Below, one piece after another: positions 21,457-29,307 of a DNA stretch of 64,000 nt; the first letter of the stretch is position 1, and the number at the start of each line of letters is the position of its first letter. Under the pieces are notes generated by a model. The model saw only the letters and a list, made by a program, of their open reading frames with translations. It did not search any database and had not been told where the DNA came from. The stretch is from Oceanispirochaeta sp. Its GTDB lineage: Bacteria; Spirochaetota; Spirochaetia; DSM-2461. The translations under genes and the position numbers were made by a program. The DNA lies in contig CAXXXD010000003.1 of NCBI GenBank assembly GCA_963663385.2, positions 1,120,001 through 1,184,000 of the forward strand, read 5' to 3'.

Positions 21457-22284
21457 CTACACGATGATAACGTCTCTTACCCCTTCTTCCCGGGCTATAT
21501 CACTGCAGCGTATCAGCTCTTCCGGATCCAGGGGCATGTCTCCATGTAGTCCGATACCCTCCTGCCGAACCCCGTTGGGTCTGTAGGCAATCAGTTTATA
21601 CCGACAGGAATCTCCCAGAATCCCGGCCGTATTTCGAACCGTTTTATCATTTATCCAGTTTGGGAGGAGTACGGTCCGTACTTCATACAGTTTTCCTTTA
21701 TTCAGCAGAAGGTTCAGGTTCTTAAGGACTTCTTTATTATCACCGCCAGTGATTTTTCTGTGTTTTTCTTCTCCCCAGGCTTTTATATCCAGCATAAAAG
21801 CATCGGTTACTTCCAGCAGCTCCTCCTTAAGGGGAACACCGCCGTTGGTATCGATAAAACAGGTCAGCTTGAAATGATCCTTTACCTTCCGGAACAGTGA
21901 AATCAGAAAATCCTGCTGCAGGGTACACTCTCCGCCGCTGCAGGTGATGCCGCTGATAAAAGGGGCCGCTTTAGTAATCTTTGTTAGAATCTCCTCTTCA
22001 CTTATAAGAGTTGTTTTGGGAGAGGAAAGGGACGGGCAGCTTCCAAGGCATGCTCCGCAGTTAGTACAGACCGTACAATCCCACTGGATTCTGTCCTTTT
22101 TGAGAGAAAGAGCGCCGACTGGGCAGCTGGACATACAGGAGCCGCAGTGATTGCAGGGATTGATGGTTTCCGGGTTATGGCAATAGGTACAGTGAAAATT
22201 GCAGCCCTGAAAAAAAATCACCATCCTGTTACCTGGACCATCCACGGAGGAAAAGGGGATGATTCTGTTAATCACAGCGTTCAT
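21457..22284 (-). CDS. yjjW: YjjW-family glycyl-radical enzyme activase
   Basis: SSVDGPGNR, GCNFHCTYCHNPET (CxxxCxxC), two ferredoxin-like Cys clusters, SGGECTLQ. Confidence 0.9.
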   Translation of the reverse strand: MNAVINRIIPFSSVDGPGNRMVIFFQGCNFHCTYCHNPETINPCNHCGSCMSSCPVGALSLKKDRIQWDCTVCTNCGACLGSCPSLSSPKTTLISEEEILTKITKAAPFISGITCSGGECTLQQDFLISLFRKVKDHFKLTCFIDTNGGVPLKEELLEVTDAFMLDIKAWGEEKHRKITGGDNKEVLKNLNLLLNKGKLYEVRTVLLPNWINDKTVRNTAGILGDSCRYKLIAYRPNGVRQEGIGLHGDMPLDPEELIRCSDIAREEGVRDVIIV

Positions 22285-22289
22285 CTATG

Positions 22290-23798
22290 CTACTTCCTTA
22301 CGGGCCGTTCCATAATGCGGGCGTCCTGTTTCATGGCAAGGCCCAGAACAGTGCTCTGATTTATCACCGCCCGGCCCTGTTCCAGTTTCTCCATTTCGGA
22401 GCGTTTAACAAGATAGCCTGTAATGCGTATTACATCGCTGCTTCCCGAGTAGGCGGAAAAGTATCGGAGCCCCGAATTCATGGCTCCCTTGACAACATCT
22501 GCCAGAGCCTCAGGATTATTTATATAGGTATCTTCAAAAACAAATATATCTCCTATACCGCTTGTAAAATACTTATGAAAAGGGGCGGACTGTATCAGGT
22601 GTTCCATAGTATCCGGTTCCTCGCCAATCGGAATGCGGCAGCCCGGGGATATCCCGTAATCACTGTCGATCCCCACCTGGGCATGAAGCAGGTGACGGCC
22701 ATTGAAGCAGCCCACGTAGGGGGAAACGTGGCTTTCTACCTTGTTCTTCAGAGTTTCGATAATCTGCAGTCCCAGTTTATCCGCCTTATCGGATTTTCCG
22801 AAACGGTCTGCATTTCCCTCCCGTTTCATAAGAAAGTTTACTGCTTCCGCCAGGCCGACAACCCCGAACATTCCGGTAAATTCACTCTTATTGATAAAGC
22901 CTTCTTTAACCAGAAAGCTGCTTTTAAAGAAAGCCGACTCTTCTGTGAGGAACCGGATACGCTCATCCATAAGGTTCAGCATGGTCCCGGCTGCATCGGG
23001 CAGTATGGTTTCCAGAAAATCCGTAAGAGAGGCTGACTCTTCCGCCACACGGCTCAGGATGAGTCTCTGCAGGGTAAATCCTCCGCCTCCCAGGGGGAGG
23101 CCGTTATAGCAGCTGGCAATGGCATAGCTGCCGTTTTTTGTGCCGGCAAATTCCTTCTGATAGATTTTATGATTGGCAAAGCTCGGTTTGGCCGTTTTAA
23201 GGGCCGTCCGGTCGCTTAAATTCAGAAACTCATCGGATGTAACCCCCTCTTCATACTTGAGGGTCAGGTTGGGGACGGCGCAGTTCAGTTCTTCCGATAC
23301 TTCCAAAATTATCCTTCCCGCCGGTGTATCCAGAGGGCCGATATTGGCATGGACAAAAGATCCGGTCTGGGTTCTGTCCAGATGCTGAAAAAACAGCCTG
23401 ACGGCCAGGCGGGCCTCTTCTTCGTTATCTTCCCTGATAAAGGGATTCAGGAGGGTGTCCAGGTTTCCCAGGTATACAGGGAAGTAGTCTATGGAGGGAA
23501 CATGGGAGTAGAAGATCATCAGGGCGTGCGTTGCTTCCCAGATATTGTTGGGAGGATCCAGCTCCAGGAATTCACACCCCTTTTTCATAAGCTGTTCATA
23601 GTCGGGAATGACGTACCGTGGCCGGTAGGGTGCGTTCCCTTCGAAGAGGGTGCAGATCATCCCTTTATCGATCATGTCCCGGGCTTTATCATCCATATTT
23701 AAAATATCCAGAGAATCCTCTGCTGTTTTTGCCAGTCCGAATACCTGCTGATGATAGGTTAAGGTGTGATCCTTGATAATTTCCAATGCTCTGTCCAT
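22290..23798 (-). CDS. yjjI: YjjI-family glycyl radical enzyme
   Basis: EGNAPYRPRY, HVPS...FPVYLG, HANIGP, ASCYNGLP, C-terminal VIRITGYLVK radical-Gly loop. Confidence 0.9.
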   Translation of the reverse strand: MDRALEIIKDHTLTYHQQVFGLAKTAEDSLDILNMDDKARDMIDKGMICTLFEGNAPYRPRYVIPDYEQLMKKGCEFLELDPPNNIWEATHALMIFYSHVPSIDYFPVYLGNLDTLLNPFIREDNEEEARLAVRLFFQHLDRTQTGSFVHANIGPLDTPAGRIILEVSEELNCAVPNLTLKYEEGVTSDEFLNLSDRTALKTAKPSFANHKIYQKEFAGTKNGSYAIASCYNGLPLGGGGFTLQRLILSRVAEESASLTDFLETILPDAAGTMLNLMDERIRFLTEESAFFKSSFLVKEGFINKSEFTGMFGVVGLAEAVNFLMKREGNADRFGKSDKADKLGLQIIETLKNKVESHVSPYVGCFNGRHLLHAQVGIDSDYGISPGCRIPIGEEPDTMEHLIQSAPFHKYFTSGIGDIFVFEDTYINNPEALADVVKGAMNSGLRYFSAYSGSSDVIRITGYLVKRSEMEKLEQGRAVINQSTVLGLAMKQDARIMERPVRK

Positions 23799-23817
23799 AA
23801 TTTTTTTCTCCCTAGGT

Positions 23818-24519
23818 TTAGAATTCCTGCCTGATTTTTACATTATGTTTTTTCAGTTCCCTGTAACAGGAACGGTTTATAACAATTTTCCCTTTATCCG
23901 TAGCAATTAAACCGTTGTCTCTGAACTTTTTAAGGCATCGGTTTACGGTTCGAACGGATAGTCCCAGTTGCTCGGCTATTTCCTGTCGACCTGTTAATAT
24001 CCTTAGGTTTTGGGATTTCTGACTATCAAACATTTCAGTCAGATACTCTCCGATTATATAGGCGGAGGGATAATACAGAACATCTCCATGAGTATAGGAT
24101 TCCCGGCATACATTGACGGCCATTCTGTAAGCAACATCTCGCGCAAAAGGGGCCGAATATTGAAACCAGCGGGTAAATTCTTTTCTTTTCAAGCGAATTA
24201 TCCGGCACTCTGTCTGCGCTTCGGTTGTCGCCGTATAGGTTTCCCTTTCTGCAATAACCTCAAAGGAGCCGATATACGCCGGGGGAGTCAAATAGGCAAA
24301 GCTGTATAGTTTTCCGCTTTCAAACTCATTCAGAACCCGCATATGCCCTTCAATCAGGATATCGACAAAATGTATGAGCTCTCCTTTTCTGGCATTGACC
24401 TTTCGGGGAGGTATCTCTTTTAAAACGGCAGTGTTCCATATCCCCTCCGGAATATCGTTAATATAATCCAGGTCTTGCGTAACTGATGTCAGGTATTTAT
24501 ATAACTCTTCCCGTAACAA
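23818..24519 (-). CDS. Crp/Fnr family transcriptional regulator
   Basis: cNMP-binding-like N-domain and HTH (RQEIAEQLGLSVRTVNRCLKKF); TTG start with SD GAGGAG. Confidence 0.88.
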   Translation of the reverse strand: MLREELYKYLTSVTQDLDYINDIPEGIWNTAVLKEIPPRKVNARKGELIHFVDILIEGHMRVLNEFESGKLYSFAYLTPPAYIGSFEVIAERETYTATTEAQTECRIIRLKRKEFTRWFQYSAPFARDVAYRMAVNVCRESYTHGDVLYYPSAYIIGEYLTEMFDSQKSQNLRILTGRQEIAEQLGLSVRTVNRCLKKFRDNGLIATDKGKIVINRSCYRELKKHNVKIRQEF

Positions 24520-24561
24520 GCTCTTCTCCTCTATGACATTAGTTTAATTATAGCTATAAAA

Positions 24562-24582
24562 AAAAGGACATCTGTCCCTTTT
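24562..24582. promoter_or_regulatory. Palindromic operator GGACA-TC-TGTCC upstream of the crp-yjjI-yjjW operon
   Basis: AAAAGGACATCTGTCCCTTTT; minus-strand TATAAT at 24547-24552. Confidence 0.6.
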
Positions 24583-24638
24583 TATGAATTTTATTCCTCA
24601 TCTTGTTAATTTTGTGCATATAAATCATTAATAAGGGT

Positions 24639-25577
24639 ATGAGCAGATGGATGGAATTGGAAAGTTACATTGCAGGTCGGGGTGCTTTCAGCGGTGAAGG
24701 CTGTTATAAAGTCTTCCATGGGCCGTCGGGTATTCTGCCGGGTCTGGAGTCCCTTATTATAGATAAGCTGGCTTATGTAATTTTTGCTGTAACCTATGAA
24801 ACGTTTCTGCCGGAGGACCTTTCCGATCTGGTCGGGATTCTGGAAAAACACTTTCCCGGGAATTTTATCCGCATTCAGGAAAGGGGAAACGGGCCGGCCA
24901 GGGAAGTGTATGTGTCAGGCGCCATGCCGGAAAATCTGATTGTTTCCGAAGGGGAGGCCAGGTTCTATATCCATCCCGGCAGGGGGCAGAACATCGGTTT
25001 TTTTCCGGATATGGTAAACGGCAGAAAAAGGATTGCCAGTTACATCAAGGAGAGGAATACGGGAGGGGCAGTGCTGAACCTGTTCTCCTATACCTGTTCC
25101 TTTTCCGTTTCCGCGCTCCTGGCCGGAGCGGAACGGGTGGATAACTGGGATATGAACCGTAACTCCCTGAATATAGGAAAAAAGAACCATGAGCTTAACG
25201 GGCTTGATCCCCGCCAAAAGGCATCTCGTTATTTTGCCTACGATATTTTTAAATCCCTTGGTAAGGTCCGGAAAAACGGTCCCTATGATTTGATTATTAT
25301 GGATCCGCCGCCTTTTCAGGGGGCCAGTTTCTCCTATAAAAGGGATTATCCAAAGCTGATTCGGCGTACGGGAGAGTGGCTGAAAGAGGGGGGAGCCTGC
25401 CTCTTCTGTCTTAATGCCTCCGAACTGGGATGGAAGGAATTTCAGGAAATGATAAACAGTTCCCTTACCGGCTCCTTTCGAAATATGGAAGAAGTGCATC
25501 CTCCTAGAGATTATGTTGGAAAACATTCAGATAAAGGACTGAAGTGCTATTTCCTGTCAGGGTGGTCATTAAGCTGA
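24639..25577 (+). CDS. Class I SAM-dependent methyltransferase (RlmI/YwbD-like)
   Basis: QNIGFFPDM, VLNLFSYTCSFS, DLIIMDPPPF. Confidence 0.85.
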   Translation: MSRWMELESYIAGRGAFSGEGCYKVFHGPSGILPGLESLIIDKLAYVIFAVTYETFLPEDLSDLVGILEKHFPGNFIRIQERGNGPAREVYVSGAMPENLIVSEGEARFYIHPGRGQNIGFFPDMVNGRKRIASYIKERNTGGAVLNLFSYTCSFSVSALLAGAERVDNWDMNRNSLNIGKKNHELNGLDPRQKASRYFAYDIFKSLGKVRKNGPYDLIIMDPPPFQGASFSYKRDYPKLIRRTGEWLKEGGACLFCLNASELGWKEFQEMINSSLTGSFRNMEEVHPPRDYVGKHSDKGLKCYFLSGWSLS

Positions 25578-25628
25578 AACACACCATATATGGTGGGTAA
25601 AACCGTTAAAAAACGTCTGTCTTTTATT

Positions 25629-25657
25629 TCAAGTTTACTACTGTATGCCTCCGATAC
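25629..25657 (+). promoter_or_regulatory. Sigma28 (FliA)-like promoter of flagellin
   Basis: TCAA-N17-TCCGATAC upstream of flaB. Confidence 0.6.
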
Positions 25658-25681
25658 TGCCCATGAAGCGTAGTTTTCGTA

Positions 25682-25720
25682 CCTGGCAAGGATGCCGGGG
25701 TAATTAAAAATTCATGGAGG
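25682..25720 (+). promoter_or_regulatory. Putative CsrA-binding leader of flaB
   Basis: Hairpin CCTGGCA-AGGA-TGCCGGG with GGA in the loop; second ATGGA overlapping the SD (GGAGG). Confidence 0.6.
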
Positions 25721-25728
25721 AATAATCA

Positions 25729-26589
25729 ATGATTATCAATCACAACATGAGTGCCATTACGGCACAGAGGCAACTTGGAAATGCGAACGGCAGCTCGGCC
25801 AGCAATATGGCGAAGCTCAGTTCGGGTATGAGAATCAACAAGGCGGGGGATGATGCTTCGGGACTGGCTGTATCGGAAAAGATGCGCTCCCAGATCCGCG
25901 GACTGCACCAGGCTTCCCGCAATGCGTCGGACGGTATCTCTTTTATCCAGACCACTGAAGGGTTTCTGCAGGAAACGACAGACATTATTCAGAGGGTACG
26001 GGAACTGGCTGTTCAGTCATCCAACGGTATTTATACTTCGGAAGACAGAATGCAGATTCAGGTAGAGGTTTCCCAGCTTATTGACGAAATGGATAGAGTC
26101 GCTTCACACGCACAGTTTAACGGCATGAATATGCTCACCGGACGGTTTGCTGCCGATACAGGCACTAACACTGTTACGGCTTCCATGTGGATCCATATCG
26201 GAGCCAATATGGACCAGAGAGAGCAGATTCATATCGGAACCATGACCTCCGATGCCCTGGGGCTCAGACAGATTGCCACGGGAGATATTATGTCTCTCTC
26301 GACACCCGAGCAGGCCAACAGAGGAATAGGTGTACTGGATCAGGCGCTTAAAACTGTAAATAAACAGCGGGCCGATTTGGGGGCTTACCAGAACAGGCTG
26401 GAAATGGCTGTTAAGGGAATTGATGTGGGGGCTGAGAACCTGCAGGCTTCCGAGTCCCGTATCCGCGATCTGGATATGGCCAAGGAATCTGTTGAGTTTA
26501 CCAAGAACCAGATTCTCTCCCAGGCAAGCAATGCCATGCTGGCTCAGGCTAATCAGAGAACCCAGAGCGTTCTGCAGCTGCTGCAGTAG
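25729..26589 (+). CDS. flaB: Flagellar filament core protein FlaB
   Basis: [52 protein letters not shown]; 286 aa, typical spirochaete FlaB. Confidence 0.97.
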   Translation: MIINHNMSAITAQRQLGNANGSSASNMAKLSSGMRINKAGDDASGLAVSEKMRSQIRGLHQASRNASDGISFIQTTEGFLQETTDIIQRVRELAVQSSNGIYTSEDRMQIQVEVSQLIDEMDRVASHAQFNGMNMLTGRFAADTGTNTVTASMWIHIGANMDQREQIHIGTMTSDALGLRQIATGDIMSLSTPEQANRGIGVLDQALKTVNKQRADLGAYQNRLEMAVKGIDVGAENLQASESRIRDLDMAKESVEFTKNQILSQASNAMLAQANQRTQSVLQLLQ

Positions 26590-26614
26590 TTTTTATTATT
26601 TCAGAAAGTTTGGG

Positions 26615-26643
26615 GGGCTGTCCTTTGGGACAGCCCTTTTTTT
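26615..26643 (+). terminator. Intrinsic terminator of flaB
   Basis: GGGCTGTCC-TTTG-GGACAGCCC followed by a T-run. Confidence 0.85.
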
Positions 26644-26644
26644 A

Positions 26645-28285
26645 TTACTCTTCCATGCTCAGATTTCTGAAAAAAGTAATATCCTGCTGGTCTTTTGACA
26701 GTTCATCCGATTCAAACTGCAGATCCACCAGGTCTCCCGCTGCTGTCAGTACAATGGCTGTTCCAGAGTCTGCTGATCCTACAAAAATACGTTTATCTCC
26801 CTGAATCATAAAATAATAAAGGCTTTCGCCGTTTTCTACTGAGTCGGATATCCTCGAAATACGACCCCTAATGCTTTCCAGTTTAAGTTCTTTTTCCATA
26901 TCCTGTCCCACCAGGCTGCCGGACAAGACAGAACGGTAGGATCTGAGAGCATCCTGCCTGTCTTCGCCGATCCCGACAAGGCTGTAATCCTCCACAGAGA
27001 TATAGGCAACCATTTTTATCAATCCCGCTTTGTCCTTCAGGGTACAGACATAGGTCGGTTTGCCCAGAATATTATACAGAATAGGCTGTGAGGCCCGGTA
27101 ACCTTTCTCCTGTACTTTCCCTTCCGCGGATTGGGCCGCGGCGTATTCCGTGGCTCCCGACTGTTTATAGTATTTTGTCTTTTTGTTTCTTGTATCGATA
27201 AGAACAAAACCTACCGTCGATTCATCAGACCCGCTTGATGTTAATCCCGTGTACCAGTAGGACCGGCCGTCCCCGCCGTAAACCAGGGACATGCCGGGAG
27301 TGCTTTTCATCACGCCGGTTTCGGAGGTTACGGCATTCAGCCAGCCGTTCCTGTATTTTCCCCAGTCGTTCAGTTGCCTGTTTACAATGTGTTCCGGCTG
27401 GATCCTGTCAATCCAGTCAGGTGCCTCTTCAACATGGAATTTACGGATCTCCCCGGTCGCGGCATCGAGAAGGGTTATACCAGTTATGTTGTCCCCCCTG
27501 AATCCTATGCTTTTCCTGTACCGGGAAATAACCCAGAAGGGATTTCCTTCATCATCAATTTCAAAAGTGTAATCGGTTAACCCTACAGCCATATGACCAT
27601 GAAAATAGAGATATCGTCTTATCCGGGTCCCCAGGTATCCCCAGGGCTGGTACTTTATCCGGACAGGGCCTTTAGATGTCTTCTGAACCAGCTTGACATC
27701 CTGCGGATTTGTGGCCGAGACCGTTATGTATCCGGGTGTCCCCTGTCTGTTAACCCACCACTTGGAGAAGCTCCTGTGAATCAGGGGGGCAACCCAGTAA
27801 AGCTCCCCCTTTACCTGCTGTATGCTGAAATCTCCCAGTTTGGCACTGCTGCCGAGGGAGGGATCCTGTCCGATGGTTTTTTCTCCCAGTACTCCGGCCA
27901 TTTCCCGGTCCACCAGTCTGATTTGCGAAGGATCAACCGCTTCCATATCATCCATAAAAGTTCCGTCTTCCACACTTCCCAGGAGGGATGCGTAGGTTTG
28001 AGCGTGAAACATGGCAGCACTTGTCAGCAGGGGGAGTACAATTATCAAAAACAGCGCTGTCATCATGGTAATCCAGGGGGCCAGCTGGGGTCTTTTCGTT
28101 CTCTTTATGGAACGGATAAACGATATTATTCCGCCCAGAAAAAGTATCCATGCCCAATCGTTGAATCCCCAGCGGAAGTTCGGTGTAAAAAAATAGAAGA
28201 AGAAGGGGAGCAGAACAAAAAAAGGAATAAAATCCTTAATACTGTTGTCCCGGTCTCGAAACATGCTCTTTTTTTTCTTACCCAT
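26645..28285 (-). CDS. Uncharacterised membrane protein with large extracytoplasmic domain
   Basis: 546-aa ORF with SD AGGAGAG, three N-terminal TM helices and a long soluble domain (YWVAPL, FEIDDEGNPFWV). Confidence 0.75.
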   Translation of the reverse strand: MGKKKKSMFRDRDNSIKDFIPFFVLLPFFFYFFTPNFRWGFNDWAWILFLGGIISFIRSIKRTKRPQLAPWITMMTALFLIIVLPLLTSAAMFHAQTYASLLGSVEDGTFMDDMEAVDPSQIRLVDREMAGVLGEKTIGQDPSLGSSAKLGDFSIQQVKGELYWVAPLIHRSFSKWWVNRQGTPGYITVSATNPQDVKLVQKTSKGPVRIKYQPWGYLGTRIRRYLYFHGHMAVGLTDYTFEIDDEGNPFWVISRYRKSIGFRGDNITGITLLDAATGEIRKFHVEEAPDWIDRIQPEHIVNRQLNDWGKYRNGWLNAVTSETGVMKSTPGMSLVYGGDGRSYWYTGLTSSGSDESTVGFVLIDTRNKKTKYYKQSGATEYAAAQSAEGKVQEKGYRASQPILYNILGKPTYVCTLKDKAGLIKMVAYISVEDYSLVGIGEDRQDALRSYRSVLSGSLVGQDMEKELKLESIRGRISRISDSVENGESLYYFMIQGDKRIFVGSADSGTAIVLTAAGDLVDLQFESDELSKDQQDITFFRNLSMEE

Positions 28286-28380
28286 ACTTGTTCTCTCCTT
28301 TAAAGGATTTCAATTTATGGGGCTTTTTCCTGTTAGTATTAATTTTAGGTTAGGGTGGGGGAGTGTACAATGGTTAGTAA

Positions 28381-28665
28381 TCAGAAAATAAAAAACTTCC
28401 CCGATATCCGGTGCCGGCTTTCCGGATTGGAAGATTGGCTGTTGATAAAAAGTATCAGGGTGCAGGTATTGGATGCAGATTATTGAAGCAGGCTCTTTTA
28501 AAAGCGGTGGAAGTCTCTGGAAAAGTTGGTCTCTATGCCGTTCTTGTCGATGCTATTGATGAAAAGGCAAAAGCATTTTATGTAAAGTACGGGTTTATTC
28601 CATTTGAAGAAAAACCAATGACTTTATTTCTTCCTGTCGCAACGATCAAGGCTGCTGTGCAATAA
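28381..28665 (+). pseudogene. 5'-truncated GNAT acetyltransferase (TacT/AtaT-like toxin) remnant
   Basis: KKLPRYPVPAFRIGRLAVDKKYQGAGIG...VLVDAIDEKAKAFYVKYGF; in-frame TAA at 28378; N-terminal part and antitoxin gene absent. Confidence 0.7.
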
Positions 28666-28788
28666 AGAATATCGGATAAGTCTATATAACCTTTGATATT
28701 GAACTGGATATTCCGGGTTATGTGTTTTTCGAAAGTCCGGCATTAGAAAATGGCTTTTAATTATTAAGATTTGTGCTATATTGTTTTC

Positions 28789-29265
28789 ATGAACAAAATA
28801 TATCTGTGTTTACTTATGATTATAGGTTCCGTTACTGGTTGCGTATCTAATGATTTGGAGTCCGATTGGGAATACCGGATTGAAATACGAAATAAAGGTA
28901 CAAGAAGCGAAGGCCGTGTTGGTATTCTTGAGTATCAGGATGAACAGATTTCCGGGGTATTTGATTCGATTCTGATAGATGGAAAGCGGTATAGGATGGC
29001 CCGCAGCGAGTTTAACTGGGAGGACCAAGGTTATTTTCCCGAAGGAAGGGAAAAGCCTATTCCTGAAAATTCTGAAGTGGTCAGTAAGGATGATCTGAAA
29101 AGAGGCTGGTATGAGATTCAGTGCAACTGTAAATCAGAAACTCCTGAAAGCTGGGTGATTGTAGAGTTTAAAGATAAGAAGGTCTATTTGGATCCAGAAA
29201 AAATAGATGATTTGATAGAACATTATCAACTGAATCAAACCGGACTTATATTAAATATTAACTAG
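28789..29265 (+). CDS. Hypothetical lipoprotein
   Basis: MNKIYLCLLMIIGSVTGC lipobox; TGcTATATT-N6-ATG leaderless-type start. Confidence 0.75.
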   Translation: MNKIYLCLLMIIGSVTGCVSNDLESDWEYRIEIRNKGTRSEGRVGILEYQDEQISGVFDSILIDGKRYRMARSEFNWEDQGYFPEGREKPIPENSEVVSKDDLKRGWYEIQCNCKSETPESWVIVEFKDKKVYLDPEKIDDLIEHYQLNQTGLILNIN

Positions 29266-29267
29266 GA

Positions 29268-29305
29268 CTGAAAAAAGGCACCGCGATGAACGGTGCCTTT
29301 TTTAG
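29268..29305. terminator. Bidirectional intrinsic terminator
   Basis: AAAAAAGGCACCG-CGATGAA-CGGTGCCTTTTTT between convergent genes. Confidence 0.85.
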
Positions 29306-29307
29306 TA

